Assembly: GCF_009914755.1 (NCBI RefSeq)
Contig: NC_060936.1
DNA from: the human T2T-CHM13v2.0 reference genome, Homo sapiens
DNA length: 64,000 nucleotides
Direction: 5' to 3' (one strand)
Below the pieces are notes generated by a model. The model did not search any database. It worked only from the letters and a program-made list of their open reading frames with translations, and had not been told where the DNA came from. Below are positions 42,717 to 55,715 of the stretch, piece by piece. Every line of letters begins with the position of its first letter. Within the stretch, counting starts at the first letter, position 1. A program made the position numbers and the translations under genes.

Positions 42717-45700
42717 TGGGAATCGTTCCAAGACGGCCAAACAGGAAGAGCTCCGGTCTGCAGCCCCCAGTGTGACTGACGCAGAAGATGGGTGATTTCT
42801 GTATTTCCAACTGAGGTACCTGGTTCGTCTCACTGGGGCTTGTCGGACAGTGGGTGCAGCCAACCGAGCGTGAGCCGAAGCAGGGCGAGGCATCGCCTCA
42901 CCCAGGAAGCACAGGGGGCCAGGGCAATTCCGTTTCCTAGCCAAGGGAAGCCGTGACAGATGGTACCTGGGAAATCGGACACTCTGAATTTATTAATTAT
43001 TTATTAATATTGCACTTTTCCAAAGATCGTAGCAAAAGGCATACCAGGAGATTGTATCCTGCACCTGGCTCGGCAGGTGCCACGCCCATGGAGCCTTGCT
43101 CACTGCTAGCACAGCAGTCTGAGATCCAACTGTGAGGTGGCAGCCTGGCTAGGTGAGGGGTATCTGCCATTGCTGAGGCTTGAGTAGGTAAACAAAGCGG
43201 CCAGGAAGCTTGAACTGGGTGGAGCCCACTGCAGCTCAATGAGGCCTGCCTGCCTTTGTAGACTCTACCTCTGGGGGCAGGGCACAGCTGAACCAAAGGC
43301 AGCAGAAACTTCTGTAGACTTAAACATCCCTGTCTGACAGCTCTGAAGAGAGCAGTGGTTCTCCCAGCACAGAGCTTGAGCTCTGAGAACAGACAGACTG
43401 CCTCCTCAAGTGGGTCCCTGATACCTGTGTAGCCTAACTAGGAGACACCTCTCAGTAGGGACCAACTGACACCTCATACAGCCAGGTGCCCCTCTGAGAC
43501 AAACCATCCAGAGGAAGGATCAGGCAGCAATATTTGCTGTTGTGCAATATTTGCCATTCTGTAACCTCTGCTGGTGATACCTAGGCAAACAGGGTCTGGA
43601 GTGGACCTCCAGCAAACTCCAACAGACCTGCAGCTGAGGGTCCTGACTGTTAGAAGGAAAACTAACAAACAGAAAAGAATAGCATCAACATAAACGAAAA
43701 GGACATGCACACAAAAACCCCATCTGTAGGTCATCATCATCACAGACCAAAGGTAGATAAAACCACAAAGATAGGAAGAAACCAGAGCAGAAAAGCTGAA
43801 AATTCTAAAAACAAGAGCACCTCTTCTCCTCCAAAGGATCGCAGCTCCTAGCCAGCAACAGAACAAAGCTGGATAGAGAATGAATTTGACGAGTTGACAG
43901 AAGTAGGCCTCAGAAGGTCAGTAAAAACAATCTTCTCTGAGCTAAAGGAGGATGTTTGAACCCATTGCAAGGAAGCTAAAAACCTTGAAAAAAGATTAGA
44001 TGAATGGCTAACTAGAATAAACAGCGTAGAGAAGACCTTAAATGACCTGATGGAGCTGAAAACTATGGCATGAGAACTGCATGAAGGATGCACAAGCTTC
44101 AGTAGCCAATTCGATCAAGTGGAAGAAAGGATATCAGTGATTGTAGGTAAAGTGAATAAAATGAAGCGAAAAGAGAAGTTTAGAGAAAAATGAGTAAAAA
44201 GAAACGAACAAACCATCCAAGAAATATGGGACTATGTGAAAAGACCAAATCTACTTTTGACTGGTGTACCTGAAAGTGACAGGGAGGATGGAACCAAGTT
44301 GAAAAACACTCTTCAGGATATTATCCAAGGGAACTTCCCCAACCTAGCAAGGCAGGCCAACATCCAAATTCAGAAAATACAGAGAACACCACAAAGACAC
44401 TTCTTGAGAAGAGCAACCCCAAGACACATATTGTCAGATTAACCAAGGTTGACATGAAGGAAAAAAATGTTAAAGGCAGCCAGAGAGAAAGGTCTGGTTA
44501 CCCACAAAGGATAGCCCATCAGACTAACAGCTGATCTCTTGGAAGAAACTCTACAAGCCAAAAGAGAGTGGGGACCAATATTCAACGTTCTTAAAGAAAA
44601 GAATCTTCAACTCAGAATTTCATATCCAGCCAAACTAAGCTTCATAACTGAAGGAGAAATAAAATCCTTTAAAGACAAGAAAATGCTGAGAGATTGTGTC
44701 CCCACCAAGCCTGTCTTACAAGAGCTCCTGAAGGAAGCACTAAACATGGAAAGGAATAACCGGTACCAGCCACTGCAAAAACATGCCAAATTGTAAAGAC
44801 CATCAAGGCTAGGAAGAAACTGCATCAACTAATGGGCAAAATATTGGCTGACATCATAATGATGGATCAAATTCACACATAACAATATTAACCTTAAATG
44901 TAAATGGGCTAAATGCCCCAATTAAAAGACACAGACTGGCAAATTGGATAAAGAGTCAAAACCCATCAGTGTGCTGTATTCAGGAGACCCATCTCACGTG
45001 CAGAGACACACATAGGCTCAAAATAAAGGGAGGGAGGAAGATCTACCAAGCAAATGGAAAACAAAAAAAGGCAGTGGTTGCAATCCTAGTCTCTGATAAA
45101 ATAGACTTTAAACCAACAAACATCAAAAGAGACAAAGAAGGCCATTACATAATGGCAAAGGGATCAATTCAACAATAAGAGCTAACTATCCTAAATATAT
45201 ATGCACCCAATACAGGAGCACCCAGATTCATAAAGCAAGTCCTTAGCAAGCTTCAGAGACTTAGACTCCCACACAGTCATAATGGGAGACTTTAACACCT
45301 CACTGTCAGTATTACACAAATCAACCAGACAGAAGGTTAACCAGGATATCCAGGACTTGAACTCAGCTCTGCACCAAGCAGACCTAATAGACATCTACAG
45401 AACTCTCCACCCCAAATCAACAGAATATAATACTTCTCAGCACCACACTGCACCTATTCCAAAATTGACCACATAGTTGGAAGCAAATGTAAAAGAACAG
45501 AACTCCTCAGCAAATGTAAAAGAACAGAAATTATAACAAACTGTCTCTAAGAACACAGTGCAATCAAATTAGAACCCAGGATTAAGAAATTCACTCAAAA
45601 GTGCACGACTACATGGAAACTGAAAAATCTGCTCCTGAATGCCTACTGGGTAAATATTGAAATGAAGGCTGAAATAAAGATGTTCTTTGAAACCAATGAG

Positions 45701-48700
45701 AACAAAGACACAACATACCAGAATCTCTGGGACACATTCAAAGCAGTGTGTAGAGGAAAATTTGTAGCACTAAATGCCCACAAGAGAAAGCAGGAAAGAT
45801 CTAAAATCGACACCCTAACAATTGAAAGAACCAGATAAGCAAGAGTAAACACATTCAAAAGCTAGCAGAAGGTAAGAAATAACTAAGATCAGAGCAGAAC
45901 TGGAGGAGATAGAGACAAAAAAAAAAACTTTCAAAAAATCAATGAATCCAGGAGTTGGTTTTTCGAAAAGATCAACAAAAAAGATAGACTGTTAGCAAGA
46001 CTAATAAAGAAGAAAAGAGAGAAGAATCAAATAGATGCAATAAAAAATGATAAAGGGGCTATCTCCGCCGATCCCACAGATACACAAACTACTGTCAGAG
46101 AATACTATAAACACCTCTATGCAAATAAGCTAAAAAAATCTAGAAGAAATGGATAAATTCCTGGACACATACACCCTCCCAAGACTAAACCAGTAAGAAG
46201 TTGAATCCCTGAATACACTAATAACAGGCTATGAAATTGAGGCAATAATTAATAGCCTGCCAACAAAAAAACCTCCAGGACCAGACGGATTCACAGTTGA
46301 ATTCTACCAGAGGTACAAAGAGGAGCTGGTACCATTCCTTCTGAAACTATTCCAATCAATAGAAAAAGAAGGAATCCTCCCTAATTCATTTTATGAGGCC
46401 AGCATCATCCTGATACCAAAGCCTGGCAGAGACACAACAACAAAAGAGAATTTTAGACCAATATCCCCGATGAACATCTATGCAAAAATCCTCAATAAAA
46501 TACTGGCAAACCGAATCCAGCAGCACATCAAAAAGCTTATCCCCCATGATCAAGTTGGTTTCATCCCTGGGATGGAAGGCTGGTTCAACATACGAAAATC
46601 AATAAAGGTAATCCATCACATAAACAGATCCAAAGACGAAACCCATATGATTATCTCAATAGATGCAGAAAAGGCCTTCAACAAAATTCAACAGCACTTC
46701 ATGCTAAAAACTCTCAATAAACTAGGTATTTGATGGGACATATGTCAAAATAATAGCTATTTATGACAAACCCACAGCCAATATCATACTGAGTGGGCAA
46801 AACTTGGAAGCATACCCTTTGAAAACTGGCATAAGACAGGGATGCCCTCTTTCACCACTCCTGTTCAACATAGTGTTGCAAGTTCTGGTCAGGGCAATCA
46901 GGCAAAAGAAAGAAAGGGTATTCAATTAGGAAAAGAGGAAATCAAATTGTCCCTGTTTGCAGATGACATGATTGTATATTTTCAAAACCCCATCATCTCA
47001 ACCCCAAATCTTAAGCTGATAAGCATCTTCAACAAAGTCTCAGGATACAAAATCAATGTGCAAAAATCACAAGTATTCCTATACACCAATAATGGACAGA
47101 GAGCCAAATCATGAGTGAACTCCCATTCACAATTGCTTCAAAGAGAATAAAACACCTATGAATGTAACTTACAAGGGATGTGAAGGACCTCTTCAAGAAG
47201 TACAAACCACTTCTCAACGAAATAAAAGAGGACACAAACAAATAGAAGAACATTCCATGCTCACGGATAGGAAGAATCAATACCATGAAAATGACCATAC
47301 TGCCCAAAGTAATTTATAGATTCAATGCCATCCCCATCAAGCTACCAATGAGTTTCTTCATAGAATTGGAAAAAACTACTGTAAAATTCATATAGAACCA
47401 TAAAAGAGCCTGCACTGCCAAGACAATCCTAAGCAAAAAGCTGGCAGCATCATGCTACCTGACTTCAAGCTATACTACAAGACTACAGTATCCAAAACAG
47501 CACGGTGCTGGTACCAAAACAGAGATATAGACCAATGGAACAGAACAGAGGACCAGAAATACCACCACACATCTACAACCATCTGATCTTTGACAAACCT
47601 GACAAAAACAAGAAATGAGGAAAGGATTCCCTATTTAATAAATGGTTCTGGGAAAACTGGCTAGTCATATGTAGAAAGCTGAAACTGGATCCCTTCCTTA
47701 CACCTTATACAAAAATTAATTCAAGATGGATTAAAGACTTAAATGTCAGACCTAAAACCATAAAAACCCTAGAAGAAAACCTAGGCAATACCAGTCAGGA
47801 CATAGGCAAGGGCAAGTACTTCATGACTAAAACACCAAAAGCAATAGCAACGGAAGCCAAAATAGACAAATGGGATCTAATTAAACTAAAGAGCTTCTGC
47901 ACAGCAAAAGAAGCTATCATCAGAGTGAACAGGCAACCTACAGAATGGGAGAAAATTTCTGCAATCTACCCGCCTGACAAAGGGCTAATATCCAGAATCT
48001 ACAAAGAACTCAAACAAATTTACAAGAAAAAAATCAAACAACCCCATCAACAAGTGGGTGAAGGATGTGAACAGACACTTCTCAAAAGAAGACATTTATG
48101 CAGCCAACAGACACATGAAAAAATGCTCATCATCACTGGTCATCAAAGAAATGCAAATCAAACCACAATGAGATACCATCTCACACCAGTTTGAATAGCA
48201 ATCATTAAAATGTCAGGAAACAACAGGTGCTGGAGAGGATGTGGAGAAATACGAACACTTTTACACTGTTGGTGGGAGTGTAAACTAGTTCAACCATTGT
48301 GGAAGACAGTGTGGCGACTCCTCAAGGATTTGGAACTAGAAATACCATTTGACCCAGTGATCCCATTACTGGGTATATATCCAAATGATTATAAATCATG
48401 CTACTATAAAGACACATGCACATGTATATTTATTGCAGCACTATTCACAATAGCAAAGACTTGAAACCAACCCAAATTTCCATCAATGGTAGATTGGATA
48501 AAGAAAATGTGGCACATATACACCATGGAATACTATGCAGCCATAAAAAAGGATGAGTTCATGTCCTTTGTAGGGATGTGGATGAAGCTGGAAATCATCA
48601 TTCTGAGCAAACTATTGCAAGGACAGAAAACCAAACACCACATGTTCTCACTCATAGGTAGGAATTGAACAATGAGGACACTTGGACAGAGGGTGGCGAA

Positions 48701-48890
48701 CATCACCCACCGGGGCCTGTGGTGGGGTGGGGGAGGGGGGAGGAATAGCATTAGGAGAAATACCTAATGTAAATGACGAGTTAATGGGTACAGCACACCA
48801 ACATGGCACATGTATACATATGTAACAAACCTGCACGTTGTGCACATCACATGTACCCTAGAACTTAAAGTATAATAAATAAATAAAAAA
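42717..48890 (+). mobile_element. Full-length (~6.2 kb) inactive L1PA5-class LINE-1
   Basis: 5' UTR CCAAGACGGCCAAACAGG...; ORF1 (start mutated to ATA ~43771, ends QKHAKL* 44796); ORF2 pieces including LFADDMIVY, ending 48668; 3' UTR TTAGGAGAAATACCTAATGTAAATGACGAGTTAATGGG and CCTAGAACTTAAAGTATAAT; multiple stops and frameshifts. Confidence 0.94.
42997..43170 (-). CDS. L1 ORF0 homologue (57 aa, C-terminally truncated) in the antisense 5' UTR
   Basis: MADTPHLARLPPHSWISDCCASSEQGSMGVAPAEPGAGYNLLV... matches recalled L1HS ORF0 (MAGAPPPASLPPCSLISDCCASNQRDSVGVGPSEPGVGYSLVV...); GCAATGG start context; expression unknown. Confidence 0.7.
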   Translation of the reverse strand: MADTPHLARLPPHSWISDCCASSEQGSMGVAPAEPGAGYNLLVCLLLRSLEKCNINK

Positions 48891-50564
48891 GAAAGGCAGA
48901 AATAGAGGACTCTCCCTAGAAAGGCAGAGAGGACTCTCATTTTTCTCACGAAGTTCTGCAGAAATATTTACTCTTTCAATTATGTGCAATTGTAACTTTG
49001 AATACAATTTAAAAAAAGCTTCAGTGAACATGCAAAAAAAATAGTCATAAATTTAATGAAGTAGGTATCCAGGCAAGAGCTTGAAGCATGTTTGGTTGAG
49101 AATGGGAGGATAGATTTTAACAGCACATACATCAGTGTAGAGAATGGATTGTTGGCACAAAAGAATTGGAATAAAGCATATGCTTCTATTGCCATTATCT
49201 GGATGGATGAGACATAATAATGGTTTTATCTGGGGAAGTGACCATGAAGATCAAGAAAAACAAAAAAAAATGCAAAATGTATTTATCTATATTGGAATCT
49301 ATATTGGATTATAACTGAAAAATGGTGAAAAGAGAAAAAAATCAAGATTGACTCCCAGATTTTTGGTGAATTGTACCCTTTGCTGAGATGAGGAAGATTT
49401 CCAATTCAAACGATCATGTCCAAAGGGTATATTTTTTCTTCAGAAAGGTCTCTACCCACTGTTTAAAGGAGGAGACCACTGATTTAAAGGAGAGTTCCCT
49501 GTTTTCAAGTATTGGCTCAACTTCCTCATTGCTGATTATGTTCTCAGAAAAGTTAACCTTTGTGTTCCAAAGATAAAAACTGCAGTTCATAAAAGCTGCA
49601 GTTCATGAAAATGTATTGCCCTTTCAATCTGAGTAAGAAAAGTGACAAATGTCATTTTCCAAATAGATTATCCAAGTTCTGGAATTAAATTGTTAGTCCC
49701 TTTTTTTCTGGTTTATCAGTATTTGGGAGTGTGTTCATTTCTGACCAATTACTATAGCTAGAAAGATTATCTACAGTGAACGGCTTTAGCTTTTGTCGGG
49801 TCTAAAGCAATGAATTCAGTCAGCAAATATTACCAAATGCCTGCTATATGATAATAGAAATACATCAATGAGAAAACAAAATAAACAACAAAAAGGACTA
49901 CATTCTATTAAATTATCTGACTGTAAAACTTTGAAATTTGGGATGCTACGTAAAAAAGAGAAAAGAGAATGGATGTTAAAGACATTCCGCAAATGTTTTC
50001 TACACTCTCTTCTAATGACTCTATATATTTTATACTGTAATAAACCCTCATAAAGAAAAAAAAATCTACCTGTATTATCCAACACATTTTAAAGAAATTT
50101 CTCCATGAGAAGAAAAAGTAGAATAAAGTCTATGTCTTTTGAGGAGGGCATTTCCTCCAGAATTTTATACATATTTTAATGCTCTAATTCTATCTGAAAT
50201 ATTAATCAGCAGTGTTTAATTCAGCAAACTTTAATATTTACATGTATTAGTTTTAGTATATGGGTTTTCTGATTTATAATCATTTTTGACTATCCATTTC
50301 TACAAATTGATTTGCATGTCTACTTTTTACTCTGTACGTCATTTAGTATTTTATTTGTTTCTCAATAATCCTTTTTTGTGGTTAGCCCTTTTCTAATAAT
50401 TATTTTTCTTTTCTTAACAAGCAATTATTAAGCATACCACCAGAAGCACCCTCCAAAAAAAATAAGTAAGCAAAAAGGAAAATCAAGAGATATTTTCCTT
50501 TTTCATATAATTTGTTGTCTTTTCCACTTATCAGCAACCCTTCTCACAAGAGCCAAAAAAATTT

Positions 50565-50775
50565 CATGTATTTATTTTTATTTTTGTTTTTTATACATTG
50601 TGGAATATATCAAGTGAGTTACCATTTGCCACTTCACATGCTTGTCATTTTTTGTTTGAGGAGAACATTTACTATCTACTGTTAAAAATCTTCAAGTCTA
50701 CACAATACATTAACTGTATTTACTATGCTGAACAATATATTTTCTGAGTTATTCTCTCTGTCTAACTGAAATAGA
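50565..50775 (-). mobile_element. L1MA-type 3' end fragment
   Basis: TATACATTGTGGAAT...CTTGTCATTTTTTGT.TGAG.AGAACATTTA.TATCTACT...TCTAACTGAAAT. Confidence 0.65.
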
Positions 50776-52951
50776 CTTTTTTAAAAACATATGGTTTTGT
50801 GAAGTTGTGGAGCAACGCCTTCATATATTTCTTGTGTGGTGATGATGGTAGTGGTGGTGTATGAGGGTGTGAGTAAAATAAAAACATTTCAGACGATATT
50901 TTAGAATAAAGTTAACCACATGCTTACACCATTCTACTCCTAGGAATATACTGTGGAGAAAATCTTGCACATAACATGTCTCATGTCAAACAATGAAGAA
51001 AATAATTTTCTTAGAAATAACTTAGAATTGTAAGGAATACAAGTGTTCTTCAAGCTTAGAACGGGTAAATAAATGGTGTTGTATTAATGCAGCAGAATAG
51101 CATAAAGTGAAGGACTAAATAAACTACATTTGCATGTAATGTAATTGAACCTCGAAACGTAACATTAAGGGAAAGGAGCAAACCACATAAAAATTTACAC
51201 AGTATTATACCATTAAGTGGCATTCATAGCGATGAAAAAACATTACATTTAGAATATATGCATTGAAAATATAATAAAGGTGAAGTTTTTTTTGTTTGTT
51301 TGTTTGTTTGTTTTCATAAAAGGTTGCATACTTCCTGCTCATCTACTCTTTCCAGACTTCCTTCCATGGAGCTCCTCTTTTGCCTCCTAGCAGCGGGACT
51401 GACAGCCGGTGTAAGTAATAAATCTTTCTTTGACTATTTCAAAGGATAACCATCCTGAATTTTGACATTCAAACTTAACTTTTGAAGAAACATTTTCCAC
51501 ACCATAGTGGTGTTGTTATAATTATATATATACATACATTTATACCCTTCTCTATAATTAAATAAGCTTCAAAATAGTTCATGAAAGAAAAGAAGTAATC
51601 AGTAAATTATTACAAAATGCTTAGAAGTGAAACATATGTTCGCCATTTATTTTATTTCAAATGTAAAATGTGGCTAAAGAGAATGTAGAGGTGAATAAAT
51701 AACTTTTATTAAGGTTAATTTTTAATGATATTCAGCTTATAGAGTCATTATTTGCTGTAACAATTTCTGTCAAAAGTTTGCTCTTAATAACTTTCTTATA
51801 ATATAAGACCAGGACCAGTTTTTGGTGCCACAAGTGATACTGTGTATACAAATTTCCCAAGTTGGGAACATTAAGATCCAAAAGTTATACTCTTCCATTA
51901 CTCTTGATTATTCTTTTCTGCCTTCACACAGTAGAATAAATGAATAGTTCATCCTTCTCCATTTAATGTGTTTAACCTTCTGTATTTTATATGGGAACAA
52001 AAAATAAAGGCAAAAAGATGAAATTGTAATGATTACTAGACACTGGGTGACCTCCAGTGAATATGTAAATTGGAGTCAGTACTCCTGATGGTATTACTGA
52101 TGCTGCTTCACTGTCATTTCTTGTGCTATACTTTGACTGGCATATAGTAATGCCAAAGTCATGATAGCTGTGTGGAGCAAAAGATGTTAATATTTCTTTT
52201 TGCTGGATGGGTGTTTATCCCATTTTAATATGCATTTGTAAATTTTCATTTTATTTTTATTACCTCTGAGTAATTAAAGCTCGAAGAAATTAAGCCTAAG
52301 GTTATCTAAAGACAAGTGCTAAATCCAACATCCTTACCATAAAATCAATGTGCATTTCACTGCAACATACTTATCTTCTTTATAAAACCCCACAGCAGCA
52401 ATAGAAAAAAATATTCCCAAAAAGGCAAAACTATTCTACCTTACTTAGGTGATTTGACTTTAATACTTTCAGTACTTTATAGAACAAATCAAATGTTGAT
52501 ATTAATATCTTCACATAATACAGAAATAAGCTTGACAGTGCGTGTAAATAAGTTCTTGCTCTAAGAGATTTAAGAAACCTAAAAGTCGATCATTTTCAAA
52601 TGTCCAAATTCTTTGAAAGATATTTAGAATACCTCAACAGTTATAAAGTTGGAAACAATTATAGTTTTATAAATAAAATCTCTCCTCATGCTTCAGTTAG
52701 TTTTAGTAACTATAATTCATAATAAATGCAATACAGCGTGGTATTCTAATAATGTAGATTCATGCTCTCTTGCCTAAGAACATTAAAAGGCCATGAGGCA
52801 GTCAGAGGGGCATTTATTAAAACTGACCATAAGATTAGAAATGTATATATGTTTTTATATATATATACATTTATATGCATTACAATACTGCAGTTAGAAG
52901 ATATAGCTACCCAAAATGTTTTCTCTATAACTATGAAAGAAAAGTGTAATA

Positions 52952-55715
52952 CAGTTGACCCTTGAACAAGTGTTTGAAATGTGGGGTCCACTTATATGTA
53001 GAATTTTGTAGTAAAAGTTACACTGAGTGTGTCTGCTTCTCCTGCCTCCCCTTATGTCATCTTTACCCCTGCCACCAATGAACAGCAAGACCAATCCCTT
53101 CTTTTTCTCCTCCTCCTCAGCTTACAAAATGTGAGCACCACAAGGATAAAGACATTTATAATGCTCCACTTCTATTTAATGAATAGTAAATATATTTTCT
53201 CCTCCTTATCATTTGCTTAATAACTCTTTTCTCTAGCTTACTTTATTGTAAGAATATAGTATATAATACACCGATATGGTTTGGCTGTGCACCTGCCCAA
53301 AGCTCAACTTGAATTGTATCTCCCAGAATTCCCATGTGTTGTGAGAGGGACCCACTGGGAGGTAACTGAATCATGGGGACCAGTCTTTCCCGTGCTATTC
53401 TCGTGATAGTGAATAAGTCTCACAAGATCTGATGGGTTTATCAGGGATTTCCGGTTTTGCTTCCTTCTCATTCTCCCTTGCCATCACCATGTAAGAAGTG
53501 CTTTCACCCTCTACCATGATTGTGAGACCTTCCTCAGCCACATGGAACTGTAAGTCCAATTAAACCTCTTTTGTAAATTGCCCAGTCTTGGGTATGTCTT
53601 TATCAGCAGCATGAAAACAGATTAACACAGTAAATTGGTACCAGTAGAGTTCGCATTGCTGAAAAGATACCTGAAAATGTAGAAGTGACCTTGGAACTGG
53701 GTACCAGGCAGAGGCTGGAACAGTTTGGAGGGTTTAGAAGAAGACAGAAAAATGTGGAAAGTTTAGAACTTCCTAGAGACTTGTTGAATGGTTTTGCCCA
53801 AAATGCTGATAGCAATATGGACAATAAAGTCCAGTCTGAGGCAGTCTCAGATGGAAATGAGGAACTTGTTGGTAACTGGAGCAAAGGTGAATCTTGTTAT
53901 GTTTTAGCAAAGAGACTGTCAGCATCTTGCCCCTGCCCTTGAATTTTCTGGAACTTTGAACTTGAGAGAGATGATTTCAGGTATCTTGTGGAAGAAATTT
54001 CTAAGCAGCAAAGCAATCAAGAGTTGACTTGGGTGTTGTTAAAGGCATTCAATTTTATAAGGGAAGCAGAGAATAACAGTTTGGAAAATTTGCAGCCTGA
54101 CAATGCAATAGAAAAGAAAATCCCATTTTCTGAGGAGAAATTTAAGCTGGCTGCAGAAATTTTCATAAGAAAGAGGAGCTGTATGTTAATCCCCAAGACA
54201 ATGGGGAAAACGTCTCCAGGGCATGTCAAAGGTCTTCAAGGCAGCCCTACTCATCACAGGCCTGGAGATGTAGGAGGGAAAAAATGGTTTTGTGGGCCAG
54301 GCCCAGGATCCTGTGCTGTGTGCAGCCTAGGGACTCAGTAGCCTGCATCCCAGCTGCTCCAGCCGTGACTACAAGGGGCCAAGGTACAGCTCAGGCCATG
54401 GCTTGAGAGGGTGCAAGTCCCAAGCTTTGGCAGCTCCCACATGGTATTGATCACACGGGTACACAGAAGTCAAGAATTGAGGTTTGGCAACCTCCGCCTA
54501 GATTTCAGAAGATATATGGAAACACCGGGATGACCAGGCAAAAGTTTGCTGCAGGGGCAGGGCCCTTATGGAGAACCTCTACTAGAGCAGTGCCAAAGGG
54601 AAATGTAGGGTCAGAGACCCCACACACAGTTCCTACTGGAGTACTGCCTAGTGGAGCTGTGAGAAGAGGGCCATCGTCCTCCAGACTCCGGAATGGTAGA
54701 TCCACAGACAGCTTGCCCTGTGTGCCTGAAAAAGGTGCAGACACTCAACACCAGCCCAGGACAACAGCCAGGAGGGAGGCTGTACCCTGCAAAGCCATAA
54801 ACGTGGAGCTGCCCAAGACCATGGGAACCCACCTTTTGCATCAGCATGACCTGGATGTGAGACATGGAGTCAAAGGAGATCATTCCGGAGCTTTAAGATT
54901 TGACTGCCCCACTGAATTTTGGACTTGCATGGGGCCCTGGCCCATTTGTTTTGGCTAATTTCTCCCATTTAGAACAGCTGTATTTATCCAACGCCTCTAC
55001 TCCCATTGTATCTAGGAAGTAAATACCTTGCTTTTCATTTTACAGTCTCATAGGCAGAAGGGACTTTGGACTGCGGACTTTTGAGTTAATGCTAAAGTAA
55101 GTTAAAACTTTGGAAGACAGTTGGGAAGGCATGATTGGTTTTGAAATGTGATGACATGAGATTTGGGAGGGGCCAGGGATGAAATTATATGGTTTGGCTG
55201 TGCCCCCACCCAAATCTCAAAATGAATTGTACTTCCCAGAATTCCCAATTGCTGTGGGAGGGACCCTATGGGTTAGAATTAAATCATGGAGGCTGGTCTT
55301 TCCCGTGCTATTCTCTTGATAGTGAATAAGCCTCATGAGATATGATGAGTTTATCAGGGGTTTCTGCTTTTGCTTCCTCCTCATTCTCTCTTGCTGCTGC
55401 CATGTAAGAAGTGCCTTTTGCCCTATGCCATGATTGTGAGACCTTCCCTAGCCACGTGGAAGAGTAAGTCCAATTAAACCTCTTTCTTTTGTAAATTGCC
55501 CAGTCTCAGGTATGTCTTTATCAGCAGTGTGAAAACGGACTAATACATGCATACATACAACATACAAAATACTGTATTAATTATGTTATCAGTAACGTTT
55601 CCAGTCAACAGTAGACTTTTAGTAATTATATTTTGGGGGAGTCAAAATTATACTTAGATTTTCAACTCTTCCAGGGTTGGTTCTCCTAACTCCCTCCTTG
55701 TACAAGGGCCAATTC
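52952..55715 (+). mobile_element. Tigger2-family (TcMar) non-autonomous DNA transposon split by THE1A (parts 52952-53271 and 55548-55715)
   Basis: TIR CAGTTGACCCTTGAACAA and degenerate TTGTACAAGGGCCAATTC; TA dinucleotide on both sides. Confidence 0.85.
53272..55547 (+). mobile_element. Full THE1A(/B) MaLR provirus (LTRs 53272-53629 and 55185-55547)
   Basis: GATATGGTTTGGCTGTG...CTAATACA LTRs; GTAAATTGGTACCAG internal start; THE1-int ORF pieces; degenerate TSD TACAC/TGCAT. Confidence 0.93.

Noticed and set aside
48711-48745. G-quadruplex-forming tract
   Set aside because: Standard feature of the L1PA 3' UTR
49580-49606. CTGCAGTTCAT short direct repeat (also micro-duplications near 15620, 18125 and 48843)
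   Set aside because: Ordinary slippage duplications with no functional signal
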